Assembly (NCBI GenBank): GCA_044223005.1
Contig: JBGAML010000005.1
Location: 160,001-224,000, forward strand
Direction: 5' to 3'
Source of the DNA: Candidatus Eiseniibacteriota bacterium
Lineage (GTDB): Bacteria; Eisenbacteria; RBG-16-71-46
Length of the DNA stretch: 64,000 nt
Below the pieces are notes generated by a model. It was not told the DNA's origin, did no database searches, and saw only the letters and a list, made by a program, of their open reading frames with translations. This document shows, piece by piece, positions 39,375 through 48,247 of this stretch (its first letter is position 1; each line of letters begins with the position of its first letter). The position numbers and the translations under genes were made by a program.

Positions 39375-40121
39375 TCACCGCCGGGGCGCGTTCGGCTTCT
39401 TCGCGTCGATCGGGAAGCGGTAGGAGAGCCGGATCTTCCAGAGCGCGACGTCGTCGCTGCCGCGGCGGAGCGATTCGTAGCGTGTCTCGAGCCCGAGCGG
39501 GGCCTCCGGAGCCGGCTCGAACTCCCAGCGCACGGATGCCGTCCAGTAAGGCGACCACCCGTTGCGCAGCGCAGCCGGGTAGCCGTCGAGCCTGCCGTCC
39601 TCGGTCTGCAGCCGGAGCACGTCCTCGAGGCCGCTGCTTTCCCACGCGATGCCGCCGCCACCGGTCGCCCAGAAATTCCACGGCAGGCGCACCCCGAGCT
39701 CGGTGCGCGAGCCGATCGTCCACGCGCTCGCCTGGTACTGCGTCGACAGCGTGTCGAGCACGGGAGAGCCGCCGACGTCCGTTCCGGTGACGAAGTAGAG
39801 CGGGATGTTCGCCGTCGCCTGCAGCGTCTGGTAGTCGAGCGCCGTCCGCACCGCGAACCCACGCTTCGAACGCGCCTCGAGCCCGAGCGCGAGCCCCTGC
39901 CCGGATTCGTAGCTGCGCTTGAGCCACTTCGGTCCGGCCATCCAGCCGCCACCGAGTTCGCCCCACGGCCGCAGCCATGCGGGCCAGTGCGACTGCAGCG
40001 TGTCGGCGGGCACGGCGCGCACCGGAGCGGCGGGCGGGGGCGGCCCCTGCGCGCGGGCGGTGCCGGCCACGACGAGCGAAAGGAACAGCAACGCGGCGAC
40101 GATCGGTCGAGGGCGCGGCAT
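39375..40121 (-). CDS. Putative outer-membrane beta-barrel protein
   Basis: ATG 40121, signal peptide, amphipathic aromatic strands, near-terminal KIRLSYRF. Confidence 0.6.
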   Translation of the reverse strand: MPRPRPIVAALLFLSLVVAGTARAQGPPPPAAPVRAVPADTLQSHWPAWLRPWGELGGGWMAGPKWLKRSYESGQGLALGLEARSKRGFAVRTALDYQTLQATANIPLYFVTGTDVGGSPVLDTLSTQYQASAWTIGSRTELGVRLPWNFWATGGGGIAWESSGLEDVLRLQTEDGRLDGYPAALRNGWSPYWTASVRWEFEPAPEAPLGLETRYESLRRGSDDVALWKIRLSYRFPIDAKKPNAPRR

Positions 40122-40416
40122 GGCGCGAGAGGCCTCCGGGTCGGACACGGAAAACGGGGCGCGCCCCGGACTCTGGGCCCGGGGCGCGCGATCGTCAACG
40201 CCGGAGCGGCTCCGGGTGTCGCTCGCCACGAGGTGGCGCCGATCCGTGTCGAGACATGCTCGCGCGTCGCGGTCGAGGACGCAGGTGTGGGATCGCACCG
40301 TTCACGCGGAAAGGGTGGTCGTGCGGTCCATGTGGCTCGCGCCGACCGGACGGGCCCGGGTGGGAGCGGAGCGCCCGGTACGGCCCCGGAACGAGTCGGC
40401 CATTCCGGCAACGGAC

Positions 40417-40445
40417 TTGTGCCCGCGCCGGGGATTCCGTAAGAT
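40417..40445 (+). promoter_or_regulatory. Sigma70-type promoter for the infC operon
   Basis: TTGTGC-N17-TAAGAT immediately before the leader RNA. Confidence 0.65.
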
Positions 40446-40454
40446 GCTCCCCAT

Positions 40455-40620
40455 TCGTAAGCAGAAGCCCCGCGCTTCTCACCCCCGCGGACCCATGTGG
40501 TCTCGCAAAGGGTTCGGGCCGCTCGACATTCATGCGGCCGGATTCAGGGAGTTTCCGGTATTCCCTCGGGACGCCGGGCGGGGTTTCGTGCGAGACCCTG
40601 CCCGGCGTCCGTGTTTGTTG
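40455..40620 (+). ncRNA. Ribosomal protein L20 leader (infC attenuator) with terminator hairpin
   Basis: AAGCAGAAGCcccgcGCTTCTCACC resembles the Firmicutes L20-leader core as I recall it; about 19-bp hairpin 40569-40610 followed by GTGTTTGTTG; lies upstream of infC-rpmI-rplT. Confidence 0.75.
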
Positions 40621-40667
40621 CGGCGCGGGCCGGTTCTCGCGAACCACCGCCGATGGAGGGAGACGCC

Positions 40668-41255
40668 ATTACCATCCCCGCCAAGCAGCAGGAAGCGCGC
40701 GTCAACGAGCGCATTCGTGTCCCGCAGGTCCGCGTGATCGGCGACGACGGTTCGCAGGTCGGCATCCTGACGACGCGCGAAGCGCTCGCGCTGGCCCAGT
40801 CCAAGGGCCTGGATCTCGTGGAAGTGGCCGCCACGTCGCGCCCGCCCGTGTGCCGCATCATGGACTACGGGAAGTTCAAGTACGAACAGAACCTCCGCGC
40901 GCGCAAGGCCCGCAAGAACCAGCACCAGATGCAGCTGAAGGAAGTCAAGATGCGTCCGAAGATCGAGGACCATGACTACAACTTCAAGCTGAAGCACGCG
41001 CGCACGTTCCTCGACGAGCGGGACAAGGTGAAGTTCACGGTCACGTTCCGTGGCCGCGAGATGGCGCACCAGGATCTCGGCTACAAGATCATCGAAGCGA
41101 TCATGACCGACCTCGCGGACGTCGCGGTCGTCGAGACGCCGCCTCGCACCGAGGGGCGCACGCTCAGCATGGTGATGGCGCCGAAGGCGAAGGCGCCGGA
41201 GCCCAAGAAGCCGTCGAACGAGTCCAGGAGCGCCGACGCCCCGCCGTCGAGCTGA
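40668..41255 (+). CDS. infC: Translation initiation factor IF-3 (probable ATT start)
   Basis: RVNERIRVPQVRVI, LDLVEV, PPVCRIMDYGKFKYE, FRGREMAH; SD GGAGG 8 nt before ATT. Confidence 0.95.
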   Translation: MTIPAKQQEARVNERIRVPQVRVIGDDGSQVGILTTREALALAQSKGLDLVEVAATSRPPVCRIMDYGKFKYEQNLRARKARKNQHQMQLKEVKMRPKIEDHDYNFKLKHARTFLDERDKVKFTVTFRGREMAHQDLGYKIIEAIMTDLADVAVVETPPRTEGRTLSMVMAPKAKAPEPKKPSNESRSADAPPSS

Positions 41256-41276
41256 ACCATCGCAAGGAGAATCGAG

Positions 41277-41474
41277 ATGCCCAAGCAGAAGACCAACCGT
41301 GCCGCGCGCAAGCGGTTCAAGATCTCGGGGACCGGCAAGGCCAAGCGCCGCCAGTCGCACCTGCGTCACGGCATGATCGCGGATTCGCGCGGTCCCAAGC
41401 GCAAGAAGGGTTCGTCCGTCGTGGTGGCCGGCGCCGACCAGGCGCGCGTGCTGCGCATGCTCGGCCAGCGCTGA
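41277..41474 (+). CDS. rpmI: 50S ribosomal protein L35
   Basis: MPKQKTNRAARKRFKISGTGK. Confidence 0.95.
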   Translation: MPKQKTNRAARKRFKISGTGKAKRRQSHLRHGMIADSRGPKRKKGSSVVVAGADQARVLRMLGQR

Positions 41475-41552
41475 TCACACCCCCAACCACGACCTACACG
41501 CCCGTCCCCGTGACGCCGCCCTGAGGCGCGCGCGGGGCAGGAGGAATCGAAG

Positions 41553-41909
41553 ATGCCTCGCTCCAAAACCGTCGTCCCGGGACGTGCCCGGCGCAAGAAG
41601 ATCCTCAAGGCCGCCAAGGGCAACTTCAGCGGCCGGCGGAAGCTCTACAAGTCCGCACTGCAGACCGTCCAGCGCGCCGGCCAGTTCGCCTATGAACACC
41701 GCCGGCTCAAGAAGCGCGATTTCCGCAGCCTGTGGATCACGCGCATCAACGCGGCGGCCCGCCTGAACGGCCTCACCTACAGCACCCTCATCGCGGGCCT
41801 CAAGAAGGCCAACGTCGAGGTGAACCGCAAGCTGCTCGCCGACCTCGCCGTGCACGACGCGGGCGCCTTCACCAAGCTCGCGGAGGTGGCGAAGGCCGCG
41901 ACGGCGTGA
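41553..41909 (+). CDS. rplT: 50S ribosomal protein L20
   Basis: [28 protein letters not shown]. Confidence 0.97.
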   Translation: MPRSKTVVPGRARRKKILKAAKGNFSGRRKLYKSALQTVQRAGQFAYEHRRLKKRDFRSLWITRINAAARLNGLTYSTLIAGLKKANVEVNRKLLADLAVHDAGAFTKLAEVAKAATA

Positions 41910-41916
41910 GCGGACG

Positions 41917-43068
41917 ATGTCCGCGCTGAAAGCGATCCTGGACCAGCGGCTCGACCCCTCGTGGCGTCGAGCCGCGCCGTCTGCGCTCGTTCCCGACTGG
42001 GACGCGCGCGCGGCGGCATTGCGCGAGGTGAGCGCGGAGGTGGCGGACGCCGTCACGGTGTTCGTCGAGGCGCTCGCCGCCGCGGCGGACGACGCCGGCC
42101 TGGCCGCGGTGCGCAACGCGGCGCTCTCGCGCGAGAGCGGTGCGTTCACCGAGGCGCTGGCGATCGTGCCGCAGCTGCCGGTGGAGGAGAAGCGCGTCGT
42201 CGGCAAGGCCCTCAACCTCGGCAAGAAGCTCGTCGAGGACGCCGAGAAGGCCCGCCGCGAGGCGCTCGCCACCGCGCGCGAATCCGCGAGCGGCATCGAC
42301 GTGACCCTGCCCGGGCGCCGGCCGTTCGTCGGCCGTCCGCACGTGCTCGCCCAGGTGCGCGACGACCTGCTCGACCTCTTCCACGGGCTCGGGTTCTCGG
42401 TCTACACGAGCCCCGAGGTGGAGCTCGACGAGTACAACTTCGGCAAGCTCAACTTCGCGCCCGACCATCCGGCGCGCGACGCGCACGACACGTACTTCGT
42501 GAACCCCGACGTCGTGCTGCGCACGCACACGTCGCCGGGCTGGGTGCGTGCGATGGAGGAGCGCAAGCCGCCGCTGCGGCTCGTGTTCCCGGGGCGCGTC
42601 TACCGCGCCGAGGCCGTCGACGCGAGCCACATGGACCAGTTCCACCAGATCGACGGGCTGTTCGTGGACCGCGACGTGAGCATGGCCGACCTCAAGGCCA
42701 CGCTGAACACGTTCGCGCGCGCGATCTACCGCGCCGACCTGCCCACGCGCATCATCCCGATCTATTTCCCGTTCGTGGAGCCGGGCGTGCAGATGGACGT
42801 GCAGTGCGTCACCTGCTCCGGCACCGGCCGCGTGAAGGACGGCGCCGGCGAGAAGCGCTGCCCGGTGTGCAAGGGCACGAAGTGGGTCGAGGTGCTCGGG
42901 GCCGGCATGGTGCACCCGAACGTGTTCCGCGCCGTGGGCATCGATCCGGAGGAGTACACCGGCTTCGCCTTCGGCATGGGCCTCGAACGGATCGCGATGG
43001 GCCGCTACGGCATCCCCGAGATCCGGCTCTTCCTCGAGAACGACCTGAGGTTCCTGCACCAGTTCTGA
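41917..43068 (+). CDS. pheS: Phenylalanyl-tRNA synthetase alpha subunit
   Basis: HPARDAHDTYF, LRTHTSP, FHQIDG, YFPFVEP, GFAFGMGLERIAM. Confidence 0.97.
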   Translation: MSALKAILDQRLDPSWRRAAPSALVPDWDARAAALREVSAEVADAVTVFVEALAAAADDAGLAAVRNAALSRESGAFTEALAIVPQLPVEEKRVVGKALNLGKKLVEDAEKARREALATARESASGIDVTLPGRRPFVGRPHVLAQVRDDLLDLFHGLGFSVYTSPEVELDEYNFGKLNFAPDHPARDAHDTYFVNPDVVLRTHTSPGWVRAMEERKPPLRLVFPGRVYRAEAVDASHMDQFHQIDGLFVDRDVSMADLKATLNTFARAIYRADLPTRIIPIYFPFVEPGVQMDVQCVTCSGTGRVKDGAGEKRCPVCKGTKWVEVLGAGMVHPNVFRAVGIDPEEYTGFAFGMGLERIAMGRYGIPEIRLFLENDLRFLHQF

Positions 43069-43090
43069 CCCGCGAAACCCAAGGACCGCG

Positions 43091-45538
43091 ATGAAGCTCC
43101 CGATTTCCTGGCTGCGGTTGTGGATCGACGTCGACGCGACGCCCGAGCGGATCGCGGAGGCGCTCACCACGCGCGGCTTCTACGTCGAAGGCATCGAGAC
43201 GCACGGGCGCGAGTACCCCGGCATCGTGGTCGGGCGCGTGCTCGAAGCCGCCAAGCACCCGAACGCCGACAAGCTCAAGCTCTGCAAGGTGGACTCGGGC
43301 GCGGGCGAGCTGCAGATCGTCTGTGGCGCGCCGAACGTGATCCGCGACATGGTCGTGCCGCTCGCGACGCTCGGCACCGTGATGCCGAACGGCATGACGA
43401 TCCAGCGCGCGAAGATCCGCGGGATCGAGAGCGAGGGCATGCTGTGCTCGGCCCGAGAACTCGGGCTCTCCGAGGACCACAGCGGCATCCTCGACCTCGC
43501 CGCGATGTTCCCGCACCAGGACCTCACGATGGGCGAGCCCATCGACACCTACCTGCCGCCGCCCGACGCGGTGCTCGAGGTGGAGGTGCCGTTCAACCGT
43601 CCCGACGGCATGGGCATCGTCGGCCTCGCGCGCGAGGTGCGCGCGGCGCTCGGCGGGCGCTGGACGTCGTGGGCGCAGGGGCTGGTCGCCGCGCGCCCCG
43701 CGGCCCCGGCCGCGACGGGAACGTTCGATCTCGAGGTCGAGAACCCCGACGAGTGCTCGAGCTACTTCGCGCAGGTGGTGGAAAACGTGACGATCGGGCC
43801 GTCACCCGAGTGGCTCGTGCGGCGCCTCGCCGCGATGGGCCAGCGTTCGATCAACAACGTCGTCGACCTCACGAACCTGGTGCTGTTCGAGTTCGGCCAG
43901 CCGCTGCACGCGTTCGATCTCGCGCGGCTGACGGGCCAGGCGATCCGCGTGCGCCGCGCGCGTGCGGGGGAGAAGCTCGTCACGCTCGACGGCAAGGAAC
44001 GCGAGCTCACCTCCGAGATGCTCGTGATCGCCGACGCCCAGGTGCCGGTCGCCGTGGCCGGCGTGATGGGTGGCGCCGACAGCGAGGTGAAGGACTTCAC
44101 GAGCGCGCTGCTGCTCGAGTGCGCGCACTTCCGTCCGCAGCTCGTGCGCCGCACCGCGCGTGCGCTGGGACTGTCGACCGAGGCGAGCAAGCGCTACGAG
44201 CGCACGGTGGATCCGGGCATCGGCCCGGCGGCCGCGGCGCGCTTCCTGTCGCTGCTGCTCGAGCTCTGCCCGGGCGCCCGCCTCGGCGCGTGGCGCGACC
44301 GCCGCGTGCCGCTCGCCCCGCGCGCGCTCGAACTGCGCGCGTCGCGCTGCCGCCGGCTGATCGGCCTGCCGTTCGAGCCGGCGCGCTGCGCGGAACTGCT
44401 CGCCGGGCTCGAGTTCGGCGTCACCGGCACCGAGCCGCTCGCCGTGACCGTGCCGTCGTGGCGCTCGGACGTCTCGCTCGAGGACGACCTCGTCGAGGAG
44501 GTCGCGCGCGCGAACGGCTACGACCGCATTCCCGAGGCGCCGCTCGAGACGCACGGCGCGTTCGCCACCCGCACCGTGCGCGAGCGCATCGTGCGCCGCG
44601 CCCGCGAGTCGATGCTCGCGCTCGGCGTGACCGAGGCGTGGTGCGGCTCGCTCGTCTCCGAGGCCGAGGCGCTGGCCTGCGCGCCGTTGCTGGGCGATCC
44701 GCCGGCGCTGGTGCGGCTCGCCAACCCGATGAGCCGCGAGAGCGAGGTGCTGCGGCCGAACCTCGTGCCCGGGCTGCTGCGCGCCGTGGCGCACAACCTG
44801 AAGCAGGGGGCCGCCTCGGTCCGCCTCTTCGAGGTGGGCGCGGGGCTGCTCGATCGCGGGGACGCGCTGCCGGAAGAACGGCTCATGCTCGTGGCCGCGC
44901 TGACCGGCCCGCGCTGGCGGCACGCGCACGACGCCTCGCCGTCGGCACCGGCGCACGCCTACGACGTCCGCGGCGAGCTCGATTTTCTCGACCTCAAGGG
45001 CCTCGCGGAGGCCTGGTTCGGCGAGATGCGCATTGACTCGACCCAGTGGCGCGCCTATGCTGCCGCTGGTTGGAAACCCGGTGCCAGTGCGGAAGTTGCG
45101 TCCGGTCCTTCATGCATTGCATGGGCCGGAACGCTGGGCCAGGCGCTGTTGCGCCAGTGGGAGATCGAGCAGCCGGTCCACCTGTTCGTGGCCCTGCTCG
45201 AGCCGATCGCCGGCCTCACCGCCGCGTCCGTCCGCGCGAAGCTGCCGGGGCGGTTCCCGCCCGTGCGCCGCGACCTCGCGTTCTTCGTGCCGCGAGCCGT
45301 GACGCACGCGCGGGTGGAAGCGTCGCTCACCGGGGCCGCCGGCGAGACGCTTCGTTCGATCGAACTTTTCGACGTGTACGAAGGACCCGGCACTCCCGAG
45401 GGGATGAAGTCCCTCGCGTGGGCGCTCCAGTTCCAGCACGAGGAGCGTACGTTGACGGAGGCCGAGGTCCAGGAACTCCAGGCTCGCATGGTGGCGGCCG
45501 TCGCCAGGGACTGCGACGGTCGGCTGAGGGAACGATGA
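43091..45538 (+). CDS. pheT: Phenylalanyl-tRNA synthetase beta subunit
   Basis: KHPNADKL, IVCGAPN, SEGMLCS, NRPD, GQPLHAFD, DLVEEVAR, RRDLAF, KSLA. Confidence 0.97.
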   Translation: MKLPISWLRLWIDVDATPERIAEALTTRGFYVEGIETHGREYPGIVVGRVLEAAKHPNADKLKLCKVDSGAGELQIVCGAPNVIRDMVVPLATLGTVMPNGMTIQRAKIRGIESEGMLCSARELGLSEDHSGILDLAAMFPHQDLTMGEPIDTYLPPPDAVLEVEVPFNRPDGMGIVGLAREVRAALGGRWTSWAQGLVAARPAAPAATGTFDLEVENPDECSSYFAQVVENVTIGPSPEWLVRRLAAMGQRSINNVVDLTNLVLFEFGQPLHAFDLARLTGQAIRVRRARAGEKLVTLDGKERELTSEMLVIADAQVPVAVAGVMGGADSEVKDFTSALLLECAHFRPQLVRRTARALGLSTEASKRYERTVDPGIGPAAAARFLSLLLELCPGARLGAWRDRRVPLAPRALELRASRCRRLIGLPFEPARCAELLAGLEFGVTGTEPLAVTVPSWRSDVSLEDDLVEEVARANGYDRIPEAPLETHGAFATRTVRERIVRRARESMLALGVTEAWCGSLVSEAEALACAPLLGDPPALVRLANPMSRESEVLRPNLVPGLLRAVAHNLKQGAASVRLFEVGAGLLDRGDALPEERLMLVAALTGPRWRHAHDASPSAPAHAYDVRGELDFLDLKGLAEAWFGEMRIDSTQWRAYAAAGWKPGASAEVASGPSCIAWAGTLGQALLRQWEIEQPVHLFVALLEPIAGLTAASVRAKLPGRFPPVRRDLAFFVPRAVTHARVEASLTGAAGETLRSIELFDVYEGPGTPEGMKSLAWALQFQHEERTLTEAEVQELQARMVAAVARDCDGRLRER
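45033..45061 (+). promoter_or_regulatory. Putative internal sigma70 promoter within pheT
   Basis: TTGACT-N17-TATGCT inside a locally AT-enriched patch. Confidence 0.55.
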
Positions 45539-45876
45539 TGATGGACACCGCCGTCGTGACGACCGATCTCGACCGCCTCGCGGAACGAGTCGAAAAGGCC
45601 GCTGCCCTCGTGCAGGACCTGCGCGCGAAGCTGGCGCAGGCCGAGGCACGGCATCAGGAACTCGAGTCGCAGAAGGCGACGCTCGCCGCGGAGAAGGGCG
45701 AGCTGGAGCGCCGGCTCGAGGCGACGTCGTCGCAGCTGCAGGGCAACGATCCGGTGGCCCTCGTGGCCGAAGTCGCCGCGCTCAAGAAGGAGCAGCGCGA
45801 CTTCATGACCGAGCGCCGGGACGTGGCCAGCCGTATCGAATCGATCCTGAAGAAGCTCGACAAGATCGATTCGTGA
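45535..45876 (+). CDS. ZapB-like coiled-coil cell division protein
   Basis: LDRLAERVEKAAALVQDLR ... RIESILKKLDKI; conserved position pheT-zapB-zapA. Confidence 0.7.
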   Translation: MMMDTAVVTTDLDRLAERVEKAAALVQDLRAKLAQAEARHQELESQKATLAAEKGELERRLEATSSQLQGNDPVALVAEVAALKKEQRDFMTERRDVASRIESILKKLDKIDS

Positions 45877-45991
45877 CACGCCGCCGCGGGTGTCTCCCGA
45901 AGTCCGCGTTCGCGGGCCTCGTGGGCCGGCGCGGCGGATTCGACCGAGAACCATGAGACACGCAGGGTAAAGCGGCGGGAGAGAGCGACCC

Positions 45992-46342
45992 ATGGATGCC
46001 TCCTCGACGGACACCACCTCGAATCCCCGCGGGGGCGAGGGCAAGAGCGTCGTCAACGTGCAGATCCTCGGACAGCATCTGGCCATCCGTGGCGAGGCCG
46101 ACCAGGATTACATCCTCGGGGTCGCCGGCTACGTGGACCGCAAGATGCGGGAGATCACCGAGAAGCTGCCGGTGGCGTCGCTTTCGAAGGTGGCCATCCT
46201 GGCCTCGCTCAACATCGCCGATGAGCTGTTCAAGGAGCGCGCGTCGCGCGAACGCGACGGTGCGGATCTCACGGATCGTACGGCACGGCTGCACGCGGTC
46301 CTCGACCGCCTCGACCAGCTGCTGACCGACACGCCCCTTTGA
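45992..46342 (+). CDS. zapA: Cell division protein ZapA
   Basis: VNVQILGQ, VAGYVDRKMREI, KVAILASLNIADELF. Confidence 0.92.
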   Translation: MDASSTDTTSNPRGGEGKSVVNVQILGQHLAIRGEADQDYILGVAGYVDRKMREITEKLPVASLSKVAILASLNIADELFKERASRERDGADLTDRTARLHAVLDRLDQLLTDTPL

Positions 46343-46385
46343 TCCGCGGCCGTCCGCCGCGTGCACGAGCCCTCCTCGCGCGGTT

Positions 46386-46565
46386 CTCCCTGCCCTGCTC
46401 GTGATGTACCGGAGTTCTTGAACCAACACTCCACACACGGGTGTGGTGATGCCGGCGACGCCCGCCTCCGGCCGCGAGGCTGCGAGGATGGCCGACCCGG
46501 CTGAAGCCGCGCCCACCTGGCTCGCCAGGTCCCAAGAACGATGGTCACACGGCAGCGGCGGGGCT
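46386..46565 (+). ncRNA. ssrS: 6S RNA
   Basis: Long self-complementary rod (CCCTGCCCTGCTCGTGA with TCACACGGCAGCGGCGGGG; GTTCTTGAACC with GGTCCCAAGAAC), central bubble, GCCCACCT motif, canonical zapA-ssrS-rny position. Confidence 0.82.
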
Positions 46566-46614
46566 CTTTCTCCCTGCCTCCGTCCCGGACATCTCCGGGA
46601 CGCGGGGGAGTCCT

Positions 46615-48177
46615 ATGAATACGGCCATGATGGCGGGCGGCATCGGGATCGGTGTCGTCGTCGCGTTCGCGCTGGGCTGGTTCATCCGCTCGCAGCTCGG
46701 GCGTGCCCGGCTGCGTTCGGCCGAACAGCGTGCCCAGGCGGTGCTCGAGGAGGCGGCGAAGGAAGCCGACTCCAAGCGCCGTGATGCCGTGCTGCAGGGC
46801 CGCGAGGAGGCGCTGCGGCTCAAGCAGGACGTCGAGCGCGAGACGGCGGCCGCCCGCGCGGTGCAGCTCGAATCCGAGCGTGCGTTCCAGCAGAAGGAAG
46901 CCGCGTTCAACCGTCGCGTCGAGCTGATCGACAAGAAGGAACGCGACCTCAAGAAGCTCGAGACCGACATCGGCGTCCGCGAACAGGCGGCGGCCGGCCG
47001 GCAGGCGGAGCTCGACAAGCTCGTGCAGGAGCAGACGGCGAAGCTCTCGCGCATCGCGAACCTCTCGCCCGAGGAGGCGCGCCAGCAGCTGATCGCGTCG
47101 ATCGAGACCGAAGCGCGCGCCGAGGCCCAGCGCCGCGCGGCCGAGATCCGCGAGACGGCGACCCGCAACGCCGAGCGCGAGGCGCGCAAGACGATCGCGC
47201 TCGCGATCCAGCGCTACGCGGGCGACCACGTCAGCGAGACCAGCGTGTCGGTGGTGCACCTGCCCAGCGACGACATGAAGGGCCGCATCATCGGCCGCGA
47301 AGGCCGCAACATCCGCTCGTTCGAGATCATCACGGGCGTCGACGTGATCATCGACGACACGCCGGAAGCGGTGATCCTTTCGGGTTTCGATCCCGTGCGG
47401 CGCGAGATCGCGCGCCTCGCGCTCGAACGCCTGGTCGCCGACGGCCGCATCCACCCGGCGCGGATCGAGGAAGTGGTCGCGAAGGTGAAGGAAGAGGTCG
47501 AGGGCAAGATCCAGGAACTCGGCGAGATGGCCTGCCTGGAGGTGGGCATCCACGGCGTGCACGCGGAGCTGCAGCGCTACCTCGGCCGGCTGCACTACCG
47601 CACGAGCTACGGCCAGAACATCCTCCGGCACTCGATCGAGACCGCGCACCTCGCCGGCATGATGGCCGCCGAGATCGGCATGGACCAGCAGATGGCCAAG
47701 CGCGGCGGGCTCATGCACGACATCGGCAAGGCGATCGACCACGACCAGGAAGGCACGCACCCGGCGCTCGGCATGGAGCTGGCCGCGCGCTACGGCGAGC
47801 CGCAACCGGTGCTGGACGCGATCGGCTTCCATCACGACGACTACGCCGGCGGCAGCCTGTGGCCGGTGCTGATCGCCGCGGCCGACGCCATCTCCGGCGC
47901 CCGGCCGGGCGCGCGACGCGAGAGCCTCGAGATCTACATCAAGCGGCTCGAGGCGCTCGAGAAGATCGCCAACGCGTTCCCCGGCGTCGAGAAGTCGTAC
48001 GCGATCCAGGCGGGACGCGAAGTGCGCATCATGGTCGAGCACCACAAGGTCGACGACGCCCGTGCGCAGGGCCTCGCCAACGACATCGCGCGCCGCATCG
48101 AGAAGGAGCTGCAGTACCCGGGCCAGATCCGCGTCACCGTGATCCGCGAGACGCGCGCGGTGGACTACGCGAAGTGA
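46615..48177 (+). CDS. rny: Ribonuclease Y
   Basis: N-terminal TM, coiled coil, KH MKGRIIGREGRNIR, HD motif HDIGK, ADAISGARPGAR. Confidence 0.97.
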   Translation: MNTAMMAGGIGIGVVVAFALGWFIRSQLGRARLRSAEQRAQAVLEEAAKEADSKRRDAVLQGREEALRLKQDVERETAAARAVQLESERAFQQKEAAFNRRVELIDKKERDLKKLETDIGVREQAAAGRQAELDKLVQEQTAKLSRIANLSPEEARQQLIASIETEARAEAQRRAAEIRETATRNAEREARKTIALAIQRYAGDHVSETSVSVVHLPSDDMKGRIIGREGRNIRSFEIITGVDVIIDDTPEAVILSGFDPVRREIARLALERLVADGRIHPARIEEVVAKVKEEVEGKIQELGEMACLEVGIHGVHAELQRYLGRLHYRTSYGQNILRHSIETAHLAGMMAAEIGMDQQMAKRGGLMHDIGKAIDHDQEGTHPALGMELAARYGEPQPVLDAIGFHHDDYAGGSLWPVLIAAADAISGARPGARRESLEIYIKRLEALEKIANAFPGVEKSYAIQAGREVRIMVEHHKVDDARAQGLANDIARRIEKELQYPGQIRVTVIRETRAVDYAK

Positions 48178-48247
48178 CCCCGGTCGCGTTCCCGACGTCG
48201 CACGAATCCCCCCAGCCGCGCGCCTCGCGCGCCGGGAGTCCCCGTTC

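Noticed and set aside
40497..40667. Longer infC starts (GTG 40497, ATG 40653)
   Set aside because: The upstream region is leader RNA; the SD GGAGG overlaps ATG 40653 and is correctly spaced for ATT 40668. ATG 40653 is not strictly excluded.
41909..41917. pheM-like leader or T-box before pheS
   Set aside because: Only 7 nt separate rplT and pheS; no Phe-rich uORF or T-box motif was found.
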